A stretch of DNA of 39,576 bases from a virus (lineage: Duplodnaviria > Caudoviricetes): positions 1 to 39,576 of the IMG/VR virus record IMGVR_UViG_3300021961_000232. One strand, written 5' to 3'. Shown here piece after piece: positions 7,165 through 16,600 of this stretch. A program made the position numbers and the translations under genes. Numbering within the stretch: the first letter of the stretch is position 1; every line of letters starts with the position of its first letter. Under the pieces are notes generated by a model, which made no database searches, was not told where the DNA came from, and saw only the letters and a program-made list of their open reading frames with translations.

Positions 7165-8023
7165 CCTGCCCAAGAAGAACGACGACGGCATCGCCATGCT
7201 GTCGCACACCCAGATGAACAAGTTCAACATGTGCCCCAAAGCGTACGAGTACAGGTACGTCGAAGGCATCAAGGGCACCATGCCCGGACGCGTCAAGGTC
7301 GGCAGCGCCTTCGACAAGGCAGCAAACTTCATCAACGAAGAGCGCATGCTCAACAAGAAAGCCGACCCCGAACCCGCCATGCACCGAGCGACCGAGTACA
7401 TGGACGATCCGGGCGAAGACTTCGACGAGACGGACATCGCCGCAGACGAAGGACTGATGAGCAGGCTGGACGAGGCCGTGCGCGAGTACGCCTCACTCAT
7501 GGCCGACGTTGAAGTCATCGCAACCCAGCACGCCGTCTCCCGCAACATCCTCTACGACGTGATCATCGAAGGCTTCATCGACACCGTCGAACTGATCCCG
7601 TCCGACAACGTCGTCAAGGACGTGATGATCACCGACAACAAGACCACGCTCAAGAAGCGCAGCGGCAAGTACACCTACGACACGGCCACCATTGACCCGC
7701 AGTTGAGCCTGTACGCATGGCTCTACCAGCAGGACGCCATCACCGCAGTGGGCAAGGGGTGGCGCGTCGTTGACATCGGGCGCAAGACCCCGGGCCGCAT
7801 CGAAGACGTACACGTCATCGACACCAACCCCGACGGGACCGCAAGCCTCACCGAACAGGCGCTACTCGCCACCGTCACCCAGATGGAAGCGGCCTGCGAC
7901 ACCGGCCTCTTTGCACCGCTAGGCCGTGGCACATGGCTCTGCTCCCACGCCTACTGCGAGTTCTACAATTGTTGCCCCTACGGCAAGAAGGGCCAGACCA
8001 CCATCCCCATTGGGAAGTTCTGA
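7157..8023 (+). CDS. RecB/Cas4-like PD-(D/E)XK exonuclease
   Basis: LSHTQ...CP, GFID, DNKT, QLSLY and C-terminal CxxxxCxxxxCC (Fe-S-type) motifs. Confidence 0.85.
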   Translation: MSSLPKKNDDGIAMLSHTQMNKFNMCPKAYEYRYVEGIKGTMPGRVKVGSAFDKAANFINEERMLNKKADPEPAMHRATEYMDDPGEDFDETDIAADEGLMSRLDEAVREYASLMADVEVIATQHAVSRNILYDVIIEGFIDTVELIPSDNVVKDVMITDNKTTLKKRSGKYTYDTATIDPQLSLYAWLYQQDAITAVGKGWRVVDIGRKTPGRIEDVHVIDTNPDGTASLTEQALLATVTQMEAACDTGLFAPLGRGTWLCSHAYCEFYNCCPYGKKGQTTIPIGKF

Positions 8024-8175
8024 TGGACATATTCCTTGCCCTTACCCTAGGAACCCTGTCGGCCTTCCTCATTGGTCTAGTGGTGTATTGTGCGGGGGCA
8101 ATCGCCATTGAGGTCATCACCACACCGATCTCTCTGGCAGAGGACATCATCGAAAACAGAAAGAAGAACAAGTGA
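8023..8175 (+). CDS. Small membrane protein
   Basis: MDIFLALTLGTLSAFLIGLVVY...; TGATG coupling with the upstream gene. Confidence 0.55.
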   Translation: MDIFLALTLGTLSAFLIGLVVYCAGAIAIEVITTPISLAEDIIENRKKNK

Positions 8176-8543
8176 ACAGCGTCTACCTCATCGGCAATCT
8201 AGTGCGCGACCCAGAGCCCAACGGTCCAGCCATCAAGTTCACCGTCGCCCACAACGAGAAGTGGCGCGGCAAGGACGGCAACGAGCAGGAGAAGGTCAAC
8301 TACATCGATTGCGTAGCGTTCGGCAAGACCGGCGAGATCATCGCCACCCTCGCCAAGGGACGCCGCGTCTGCGTAGAGGGCAAGTTGTCGTACTCCGCAT
8401 GGGAGAAGGACGGACAGAAGCGCAGCAAGATTGAGGTCAGCGTCATGCGTGCCTACCCGTTCCCGCCCCGCACCGATGCGCCGGACTCTGCACCGGTTCC
8501 TGCGCCGACCAAGAGCGAGCCCGATGCGGACATTCCTTTCTAG
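8172..8543 (+). CDS. ssb: Single-stranded DNA-binding protein
   Basis: N-terminal NSVYLIGNLVRDPE, central KGRRVCVEGKL, acidic C-terminal DIPF. Confidence 0.95.
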   Translation: MNSVYLIGNLVRDPEPNGPAIKFTVAHNEKWRGKDGNEQEKVNYIDCVAFGKTGEIIATLAKGRRVCVEGKLSYSAWEKDGQKRSKIEVSVMRAYPFPPRTDAPDSAPVPAPTKSEPDADIPF

Positions 8544-8928
8544 CATCGCATGCGCCTGCGTCCTGCTTGGCCTCGCCGGGCAGGCGCAGGCCGCACCACC
8601 CAAATACTGGATCGAAACCGCACTCAAGATTGGAGCGTGCGAGCAGCCCTCCGGGCGTCCGGGTAAGTGGGCCGGCGTCAACTGGAAAAACAAAAAGAAC
8701 TATTCCTTCAAGGGTGGCCTTGGTATGACCAACCTCTTGTGGGACACGTTCAAGTTGAAGGGCTACCCAGAGGACGCTCATCAGGCAACACCCATGCAGC
8801 AAATCGTTGCGGCGTGGAGGTTCTATCGTTGGGCGGAGCGCACCTATCCGGGGTACGGTTACACCGGGTGGGAGTGCAGCAAAATGATTGGCTTCTACGG
8901 CTTCAACGCCGACGGGACTTGGAAATAA
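8524..8928 (+). CDS. Secreted Rpf-like (lysozyme-fold) transglycosylase
   Basis: Signal peptide ending AQA, then IGACE..S..NW..FKGGLGM...W...AHQATPMQQIVAA...GW.C. This parallels the Rpf pattern CES.GNW..GGLQF..W..AT.EEQI..A..W.C. Confidence 0.72.
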   Translation: MRTFLSSIACACVLLGLAGQAQAAPPKYWIETALKIGACEQPSGRPGKWAGVNWKNKKNYSFKGGLGMTNLLWDTFKLKGYPEDAHQATPMQQIVAAWRFYRWAERTYPGYGYTGWECSKMIGFYGFNADGTWK

Positions 8929-8941
8929 GAAGGAGAACACC

Positions 8942-9205
8942 ATGAGCCTTAACATCCCTTGCAAGAGAATCACGCGCGTTATGATTGGCAACGAGTGGAT
9001 TGTGTGCCACGGCCAGTTCGACATCGACGCGTACGAGTTCGTCTATGTGGACGGCTTCCCCGACCGCGGCGAGGACTTTTGTGCCTTTAGACCAGAAAGC
9101 GGAGTTACCTACATAGGGTTCTCGTTTGAGACGACCGACGGGCACTTTCTGTCTGGTCCGATGACTGCTATCCAAGCGGTCGAATGGGATCCCCCCACCG
9201 CGTAG
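8942..9205 (+). CDS. Hypothetical protein
   Basis: AAGGAG RBS before ATG8942. Confidence 0.65.
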   Translation: MSLNIPCKRITRVMIGNEWIVCHGQFDIDAYEFVYVDGFPDRGEDFCAFRPESGVTYIGFSFETTDGHFLSGPMTAIQAVEWDPPTA

Positions 9206-9210
9206 ACACA

Positions 9211-9291
9211 ATGAACATCGAACAGATCATCGGCGTAGCCATACTCGTCGGGATCGCAATCATCCTAGGAAAGAATGACCACCGACACTAA
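9211..9291 (+). CDS. Small membrane peptide (26 aa)
   Basis: MNIEQIIGVAILVGIAIILGKNDHRH fills the gap between two genes. Confidence 0.4.
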   Translation: MNIEQIIGVAILVGIAIILGKNDHRH

Positions 9292-9916
9292 CCCCGACTG
9301 CGACTGCCCCGTCTGCGCCGTCAGCCGCCTCTACCCACCCCACCAGAACCCCTCCGACAGAATCCCCAGCATCGTCGGCATCGACGTAAGCACCAAGTAC
9401 ATCGCCATCGGAATCGTCCCAGCCATGGGCGACATCAACGATGTCGGAGGATTCGGATTCAGCCTTGAGGCCAAGCGCGACCCCGAACGCTGCGCAGAGG
9501 CAGCAGTCAAAACGCTAGACGTAATCACCGTGATTATGGAAAGCGTCGACATCACCAGCATCGCAATCGAAATGCCGCGCGGCTTCGGCGGCAAGATCAT
9601 CCCCATCGTCGGCGCAATCAGCGGAGTGTTCGGCGCCGGCAATGTGGAGTGGTACGCGCCCAGCCAGTGGCAGTCCACAATCAAGAAGCACTACAACATT
9701 GACCGCGACTGGATCAAGGAGGTCGGCATCAAGCCCGCCATCCACGGCACCGTCGCAGAGAACATCCCCAACGGGGAAAACCTTCTCGTCTTCAACGAGG
9801 ACGAGCGCGACGCCCTCTGCATCGCACTCGCACACCGTATCGAAACACTAGGCAGCACAGACCTATCCGACTACGACATGATCTGGTTGAAAGGAGCATC
9901 GAAAAGAAGTGAATGA
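9275..9916 (+). CDS. RuvC-like Holliday junction resolvase
   Basis: Acidic motifs IVGIDVST, IAIEMP and DERDALCIA. Confidence 0.78.
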   Translation: MTTDTNPDCDCPVCAVSRLYPPHQNPSDRIPSIVGIDVSTKYIAIGIVPAMGDINDVGGFGFSLEAKRDPERCAEAAVKTLDVITVIMESVDITSIAIEMPRGFGGKIIPIVGAISGVFGAGNVEWYAPSQWQSTIKKHYNIDRDWIKEVGIKPAIHGTVAENIPNGENLLVFNEDERDALCIALAHRIETLGSTDLSDYDMIWLKGASKRSE

Positions 9917-10391
9917 GGACTACAGGGAAAGAGTCCTACGTCTCGTCGTCGAAGAGGCAGTCCAAAAAGACAAAGACAAAGGCATGATCATCGACAACCC
10001 TTCGGGCTACTTCAACTACAAAATGGAGCGCGCCCGCCACCAAGCCAAGGAAGACCCGTCGTGGCTGATCCGACAAAAAGACCGCCTGCTGGGAACCACC
10101 CAAACACCACTTGGGATGCGGACATGCCACAGGTGCGGCGCCCCGCTGGCACCAAGCGTCGTGCTTGAACACGAAGGGAAGGACTACTGCGACCTAGCCT
10201 GCGTTGAGGGGACCGGGGTACGCATGAGTTTGAAGGAGTGGATGATCGGGCTGCGCCGCGACGGAAGCCGAACATGCACGCGCCGCGACGACAATGGGAA
10301 TGAGATTGAGTTTGTGATAACGTACGCCGAAGCGGCACGCACTAACCCAAAGGTTGCAGCAGAAATTGAAAAGGAACAGAATGAGTTCTGA
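9909..10391 (+). CDS. Hypothetical protein with Zn-finger (CxxC...CxxxC)
   Basis: CHRC...YCDLAC; N-terminal IDNPSGYF. Confidence 0.65.
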   Translation: MNEDYRERVLRLVVEEAVQKDKDKGMIIDNPSGYFNYKMERARHQAKEDPSWLIRQKDRLLGTTQTPLGMRTCHRCGAPLAPSVVLEHEGKDYCDLACVEGTGVRMSLKEWMIGLRRDGSRTCTRRDDNGNEIEFVITYAEAARTNPKVAAEIEKEQNEF

Positions 10392-10728
10392 CATGTGGGA
10401 CAAGATCCACACGCAGTTGCCTCGCGCCATGGACATGGTGGAGCAGGCCGTCATTCCAGAAGTCTTCAACGAGACGTGGCTTTACCGCGAGTTGGAAGAG
10501 CGGTATCGTCGCGGGGAGCAAGAGCATGGCGGCGAGTGGCTGGACTGGAAGCCGATGGCATTCGTGGACAACATCCGCGAAGAGGTCTACGACATGATTC
10601 TATACTGCGCCATGAACCTCGCTCGCAGGGAAGAGGCCCGAAAGTACGGCGACATCAGCATGTCCTACAACGAGGCTAAACTCTTGTCATGCGAAGAGAA
10701 GCAGATGGAGACCGGAAGCGCCGGATGA
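10381..10728 (+). CDS. Possible all-alpha NTP pyrophosphohydrolase (MazG-like)
   Basis: R..RG..EHG...EExxDxxxY pattern. Confidence 0.5.
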   Translation: MSSDMWDKIHTQLPRAMDMVEQAVIPEVFNETWLYRELEERYRRGEQEHGGEWLDWKPMAFVDNIREEVYDMILYCAMNLARREEARKYGDISMSYNEAKLLSCEEKQMETGSAG

Positions 10729-10859
10729 AGCCGCACAAAGACGGCAAGATCAGCACACCCAACTGCGTCTGCGACGACGAGTGCGAGTACCCGTGCTGGC
10801 AACGCGCCGGAGTCACGCCTCCGTGCGAGGCATGCGGTTGCGATGCAGGCCACGACTGA
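10725..10859 (+). CDS. Small Cys-rich protein (44 aa)
   Basis: MKPHKDGKISTPNCVCDDECEYPCWQRAGVTPPCEACGCDAGHD; ATGA overlap with the upstream stop. Confidence 0.5.
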   Translation: MKPHKDGKISTPNCVCDDECEYPCWQRAGVTPPCEACGCDAGHD

Positions 10860-11025
10860 CCAGTCGCTCCCGCTTAGGAACCTCGTACTCCCCATACAAC
10901 TCTTGTTTGATTAGTCGTTGCGCCTCGCGCAGACGAGCGTCAGCCTCCCACGGGCGATCCATCATGATCGCCTCCTGAGCCTTGACGATGCGCTGACGGA
11001 CTGCGCGAAGCAGTTCGTCAGTCAC
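10813..11025 (-). CDS. Hypothetical protein (last gene of the late arm)
   Basis: GTG start overlapping the holin 3' end; helical 70-aa ORF. Confidence 0.5.
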   Translation of the reverse strand: MTDELLRAVRQRIVKAQEAIMMDRPWEADARLREAQRLIKQELYGEYEVPKRERLVSRGLHRNRMPRTEA

Positions 11026-11200
11026 GCGGCGACCAGTCACCCTGCGAACGCAAGTACCCAGCAGCGAACGCAATGATGACCGTGATCGCAGCAGCGACCT
11101 CCGTCGGGACATCAACACCAGCAAGACTAAGCAAATACACCAGCACCACCGTAATGGCTCCGGCGATACCACTCGCGGCAATCTTGGGATTCAGGTTCAT
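11018..11200 (-). CDS. Holin
   Basis: 60 aa with two TM helices, ending AAGYLR; lies in the lysis region. Confidence 0.75.
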   Translation of the reverse strand: MNLNPKIAASGIAGAITVVLVYLLSLAGVDVPTEVAAAITVIIAFAAGYLRSQGDWSPRD

Positions 11201-12099
11201 TAGATCCTCACCTCGTAGTTGACGTTAGCCTTCATTGTACCGACACCGTCATGCCGGCCGGGCGATTCGATAGACAGGGTCGGGATGATACGCACGACAG
11301 GGGGACCGGTCGTTGCGGTGCCGCGCTTGCGAAATCCGCGCGTCTCCTCCCAAGTATCGTGCGTCTCGCCAGCGTCCGTGTCCACCCAGCCCTGCTTGTA
11401 CGTCCCCGTGTGCGCGATCACGCGCGGCCAATCACGAACACCGCTACGCTCAACGCGCAGCGACTGTAGCACTTGTGCCACACGATCATGCGAGTGGCCA
11501 CGGAGAATCACGTCCGCGTCCGTATACGAAAGTTCAACTTCCATCTGGTTCAACTTGGCGCCGCTGCGCCGGCCAGCCTGCCAGCCGTGCGCAACATCAA
11601 GCACGGTCACAGATTGAATCTTCGTGGGAGACGAAGCACGCACCCACTCCACCCGCACAAACCCGCCATACCCCATGTACTTCGACTGAATGCCAAGCAT
11701 GGTGCAAATCTCGTTGCCGATCTCGCGGTCGGTGTGCTTGCGCACGGTGCGCTCATGGTTGCCCGACAACCACGCCCACACCTTGTCCTTGACGGGGTCG
11801 AACAATTCCACGACGTGGTCAACGGTGGCGCTGATGACGCCGCCCTCATGGTGCATTGCTTCGATATAGCGTTGGCTCCACATGCCGGCGGCGAAGCGGG
11901 GATCGCGGTGCGTGATGCAGTCGCCCGAGTCGCCCATGAAGATGATGCGAGCGTGGGGATCCTCTTCGATCTTTTTCAAGTCGGCACGCAGGGCGTCCTC
12001 GTCCACGTCCACGGCACCGAGGTGCGTGTCGCCAATCGGGTATAGGTTGATATGCGGCGAGGTCTTAGAGAAAACCTCGCGCGCTTTGACAACACGCAC
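11200..12099 (-). CDS. Calcineurin-like metallophosphoesterase
   Basis: DxH, GDxxD, GNHE, HG and GHxH motifs all present. Confidence 0.88.
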   Translation of the reverse strand: MRVVKAREVFSKTSPHINLYPIGDTHLGAVDVDEDALRADLKKIEEDPHARIIFMGDSGDCITHRDPRFAAGMWSQRYIEAMHHEGGVISATVDHVVELFDPVKDKVWAWLSGNHERTVRKHTDREIGNEICTMLGIQSKYMGYGGFVRVEWVRASSPTKIQSVTVLDVAHGWQAGRRSGAKLNQMEVELSYTDADVILRGHSHDRVAQVLQSLRVERSGVRDWPRVIAHTGTYKQGWVDTDAGETHDTWEETRGFRKRGTATTGPPVVRIIPTLSIESPGRHDGVGTMKANVNYEVRI

Positions 12100-12839
12100 T
12101 ACGCAACCACCCGCACGAAGCAGAGAACGTCGGACAGGTTCCGGGTCCGGATCTGGACCTCGCCGCCGTCAGAGTCCGACGACACAGACGTGTTGCCCTC
12201 AAGAGAAACAAAGGTACCGTTATTGCTGTTGATTGTCACCACGATGCCGACATGGTTAGCGACACCGTCATGCTTCCAAGAGAAGTATGCAACGTCGCCA
12301 GTCTGCTCCTGCCCGCGCGGCACCACGGTGGTACCGTACTTCTGCGCGCGCGCATCGTTGACCGCATACGGACAGTACGCCCACCGCTCGCCCCGCTTGA
12401 ACGCCTTACTGCCAGCCTCAACGAAGCAGTACGTTACAAACATCAGACACCACGGCCCGATCAGCCCGTACCACTCAGAGAACATCACACGGTTTGAGCC
12501 CGGAGGATTCTCCTTCACGCCAACATACTGGCGCCCAATGCGCAACGCCTTCTGCCCAAGCGTCTGCTGATTCTTCCGCTTCGCCGCACGACGCCGCATC
12601 AACAACGACGGCTTCTTGCGGCCGGCCAAGTACGCGTCAAGAAGATCACCATAGATAGGCTTTACTTCCCTGTTCGCATAGCCAAGGTTCCACTTGGCCT
12701 CCGAACAAGCGCGAGCGGTCTGCTCACCAAAGATTCCGTCCGGCGGACCCGGGATGAAACCGGCATTCGTCAGCGTCTTCTGTGCGTGTACAACATCCGG
12801 CCCACGCATAGGCGGGCTCGTCAAACTAAGAGTGCGCAT
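12099..12839 (-). CDS. Endolysin: peptidoglycan-binding domain + CHAP amidase/peptidase
   Basis: N-terminal GPDV..Q..L...DGIFGEQT; C-terminal WCLMFV, NHVGIV and EGNT. Confidence 0.88.
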   Translation of the reverse strand: MRTLSLTSPPMRGPDVVHAQKTLTNAGFIPGPPDGIFGEQTARACSEAKWNLGYANREVKPIYGDLLDAYLAGRKKPSLLMRRRAAKRKNQQTLGQKALRIGRQYVGVKENPPGSNRVMFSEWYGLIGPWCLMFVTYCFVEAGSKAFKRGERWAYCPYAVNDARAQKYGTTVVPRGQEQTGDVAYFSWKHDGVANHVGIVVTINSNNGTFVSLEGNTSVSSDSDGGEVQIRTRNLSDVLCFVRVVA

Positions 12840-12848
12840 TCCTGCTCC

Positions 12849-13085
12849 TCAGATTGCGGTGCTTACAAACCAGATGATACCGGCTAGTATCCCGCCACTC
12901 ACGACACTAGCCGCAATCATGCCGTGAATTCTACGCCCCTCAGAGAATCCCTTCAACCGTTCGTTCTCAAACTCCAAGTCCGTTACACGACCGTTAGTCT
13001 CACGCACTTGAGTATGAATCGCGCTCAACTGGCGACCCAATTCGTCAAGCCGGTGAAGGATAATCTGGATATCTGCTTCGCTCAC
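12849..13085 (-). CDS. Coiled-coil protein with C-terminal TM helix (lysis-associated)
   Basis: TNGRV..LE coiled coil followed by one hydrophobic helix; directly upstream of the endolysin. Confidence 0.65.
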   Translation of the reverse strand: MSEADIQIILHRLDELGRQLSAIHTQVRETNGRVTDLEFENERLKGFSEGRRIHGMIAASVVSGGILAGIIWFVSTAI

Positions 13086-13672
13086 CGTAGCCCCAAAAGA
13101 TCCAGCGGGTTACCATTCTTGACGCCAAGGTGAAGGTGATCGACGCCGTTAGCAGCGCCACCGTAACCAATGACTTGACCCTTCTTCACCTTGACTCCGG
13201 GCTTGATGTTTTTGGCAAGACGGGAAAGGTGCGTATAAAACCACTCATTGTCGTTAGATCCAAGATGCACTTGATACCCAGAGAATCGACTACTAGGGTC
13301 AAGGGTGCGCATGTGTACCTTACTAATAACGCCATCTTGCGTAGCAAGAATCGGCGTGCTCGTCTTGACACCAATGTCGATTGCGTTATCCGACTGCCAG
13401 TTACCAAGACTGTGTGTGCCAGCATACGGGTTACCAATAACCGCAGCCTTGACAGACGCGGGGTAGCCTCCTGTCTGGAAAATCCTGCCGTCCTGCGCCC
13501 CACCAATAGCCTGCTCTACGGGCGCAGAACCCGCGTTAGCGTCAAACTGTGGGTCGCTAGGGATAACTACAGACGAATCAACGGCGCTGCTCGCAATGGG
13601 AAACTCCAAGCGCAACTTACTACGCTTCGCCAGCGTAGGAGCAATATCAGAAAAGTAACGATTCGTTGCCAT
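13082..13672 (-). CDS. M23 family metallopeptidase
   Basis: AIDIG, YTHL, VKKGQVIGY and HLH motifs. Confidence 0.85.
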   Translation of the reverse strand: MATNRYFSDIAPTLAKRSKLRLEFPIASSAVDSSVVIPSDPQFDANAGSAPVEQAIGGAQDGRIFQTGGYPASVKAAVIGNPYAGTHSLGNWQSDNAIDIGVKTSTPILATQDGVISKVHMRTLDPSSRFSGYQVHLGSNDNEWFYTHLSRLAKNIKPGVKVKKGQVIGYGGAANGVDHLHLGVKNGNPLDLLGLR

Positions 13673-13681
13673 AGCAGCAGT

Positions 13682-16600
13682 CTACCTATTCTCCCTCTGG
13701 CGCCTGCGCTCCTCCCGATACTTCTCTAGCACGCGTTGCTTTTCCTGCTTCTCCCGCTCCCTCAGGCGCTGACGCGCAACCGGACCCTGAACCGGAACGC
13801 GCTCAATGGTCCCACCAAACGCACGCGCGGCCAACTCGGGCAACGCCTGCAAACCAAGACCGGCAAACCCGCGCGGCGTTACCGCGTACGCCGCCCCTTC
13901 GCCGCGCGGCTCCGTCTGAGGAATTTCCCTACCAGTAGCAAGACGACCCGCACCAAGCAACAAACTACCGCGAGGAGTGAAGTACCGTTGAAGCAGACCC
14001 GCAGGGGCAAACAGGCGCTCCACCTCCGACAAGGCGACCTCTCCCATCTCGCCAGAAATAAACTCTCCACGCGGCCGCCTGCCTTCCGCTGTGATAAGCG
14101 GTTGCCCCGGAACGCCAAACCCCGCAATGCGCAATGGAGTAGTGATAACAGGAGCAACATTGCTGGCAAGGAACGATGCTCCGGGAGCGCCCTCTTCGGC
14201 CTCAAGAAGACCAGCAAAAGTAAATGGGAAGATGTTGGTTGACAACGCCTTGGAGTAAATGTTCGGACCGCGCACCTCCTCGCCAATCTTGATGCCGTCC
14301 TCATAGAACGAGTCGTAGTAGCCCTGACGGGCGGACTCTTCGGCTCCGTACCGGGCCATAGCATTCATCGTCAAAGAGCGGCCCGGATACTTGAACGGAA
14401 GTGTGTAGAAGTACAACTTGAAAATGTGCTTGTACCACTGCCAGAACGGAATAAACGTAGTGATCATGCGCTGCTGGCTGGTCAATCCGCGCGCGCCGCC
14501 AAGAAAGTCATCGGCCTTCTGCAACGCCTCATCCCGGATGCGAATCAACTCTGGCGTCAACGGCTTACCGCTTGCAAACTCTCCGCGCGCAACAGCCTCA
14601 AGCAACGCTTGGAACTTGTCATTCAACTCCGCTGCCTCAAGCAACTCGTCATCAATCTGCTTTGCCAAACCAGACTTCTTGATTGACTTCTTCACCTGCT
14701 GCGCAAACACAGACAAGCGAGCCAAGTCCTCGCCCATCACGTTGTAGTAGTACATGTAATTCATGTACCTCTGGGCAAGCCGGAAACGCTTCTTCTGGCT
14801 CGCCACAACCAGATCGCCGCCCTCGTCAAACATTCCGGCAAGACCCTTGTTCAACAACTCCGGGGGAGCATTAGAGAACTTCAGCAGCCGCAATGCTGCC
14901 GGGTAACCCCCAAGACCATTGCCAAGCATCGACAAGAACGCCGAACCAACAACGTTTGCAATGGGCGTGCGCGGAAGAGTTGTCAGCGTGACGCGAACCC
15001 ACAAGCGCGTCAGTTGGCGCAGCCTGCCCGGAGCCTGAGCCGCCGCAGCCAATTCTTTTTGCAGCGCATCAAGGCGTCCCTTGCTCAAAATAACAACCGT
15101 CGAACCCTTCGGAATAGACTGCAAATTGTCAAGCGCGTTCTGCGCAAGAGTCTTCTGAATTAGCACCGACAACTGGGCGTCATCGACCCCAACGTCACTA
15201 CGGCCACCGGTGCCGACTTCTCGCAACTCTTTAGTTTTAACAGTCTCAAAAGACTTGTCGTCAAAAAAGCCGGTCTTATTGTTAACGGGAAGAATGACGT
15301 AATCGGCACCAAGTTCGCCGTTGCCGTTAATCAATCCGGCTTCGGACAGTTCCTCAATCTGCTTTTCAAACGTAGCCGCGTCATCAGAAAAACGAACCGT
15401 CGTCCCGGTGCGCATCAAGTAATCCGTAAGCCGCGTAACAATCTCATAAGCCACAAACGGGATACGCATATTCCGCGCCAACGCTCCAGAGAACTGCTCA
15501 AGATCCTCAAGCGAACCAAGCATTGCGAACTGGCCCGTATAAATATCCTTAAGGTCGCGCGGCCTTCCGCGGTCCACCAGCGCAGCCTTGGGAAACACGG
15601 TTTTCTTTGCACCCTTGGTGCCACCCAGCGTTGGCATAAAGGCGATAGCCCCGGTGGGGGTGTCCGACGCCTCAAGCGCGTCCCGCATCAAAGACTCTAG
15701 AACAAAGTCAACATTCTTCCGAGCCGCAAGAATCTTTTCGTAATCCGCCTGCGCCTCTTCAACATCGCGTTCTTGCGTCGGCAACTTTTCGCGCGCCTCC
15801 CCCGCAAACTCAACATCGCGCCTCGCGCCCTCAAGTTCAAGTTCAAGGTCTTCCCTTCTATCGGCCCTGATTTCGTCAAGCATTTTGCCAAACTCGGGGA
15901 AGCGTTCGCTAACCAGCGGATTGTCGGGCGTTAGAGCGATTACCTTAACAACGAGCGTCCCGTCGTTGCGCTCAATCGAATCAACTACCTTGAACCCCGT
16001 ACCACGCGGGAGAATAAACTCGCGCTCTCCCGCATAATTGCCGGCATACACGCCATCGCCGTAGAAAGCCTTGGACCCTTCCGGCACAAGAATCTCAAGC
16101 ATCATTGAACTGTTCGGATCGCCCGTAAAGCCCTCCGCCTTATCGCCCCTAAAAGACGTAGAGACAAACCCGTCATCAATATAAACAAAATCTTCGTCAA
16201 GAAACTGGTCAATAAACTTTCGCGGAAGATCGCGCATCCCGCGGTACACAACTAGGTCTTCTGTCGTTGCGGGCAACTCGTCAAACAACTGGTCCATTAC
16301 CGCAACGTATTCCATGATCTGATCGACAACGTCGTCCGCCGCGGGGAAAAGACCATCGTAAGTATTTAGATTGCCGTAGGTTTCACCGCCAAGGCCACGC
16401 AAAAACTCGTTAATCGGCCTATGCCCAGCGCCTTGATACTCGCGCACCGCCTTAGGGCCACGCTGGACAAGGGCGGCTACAGGGTCAGAAGAAACAGGCG
16501 TCGGCTTTATTTTCTCGCGCAAACTGTTAAACCGGCGCCCCAACACCTTGCCAACGTTTGACTCGTTAATAAAATCAACGCCGTTATTTAGGGCGTTTAC

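Noticed and set aside
7157-8023. Cas4-like nuclease as a sign of a CRISPR system
   Set aside because: No repeat-spacer array or other cas genes were seen; it sits with an annealase and SSB as a standard recombination module.
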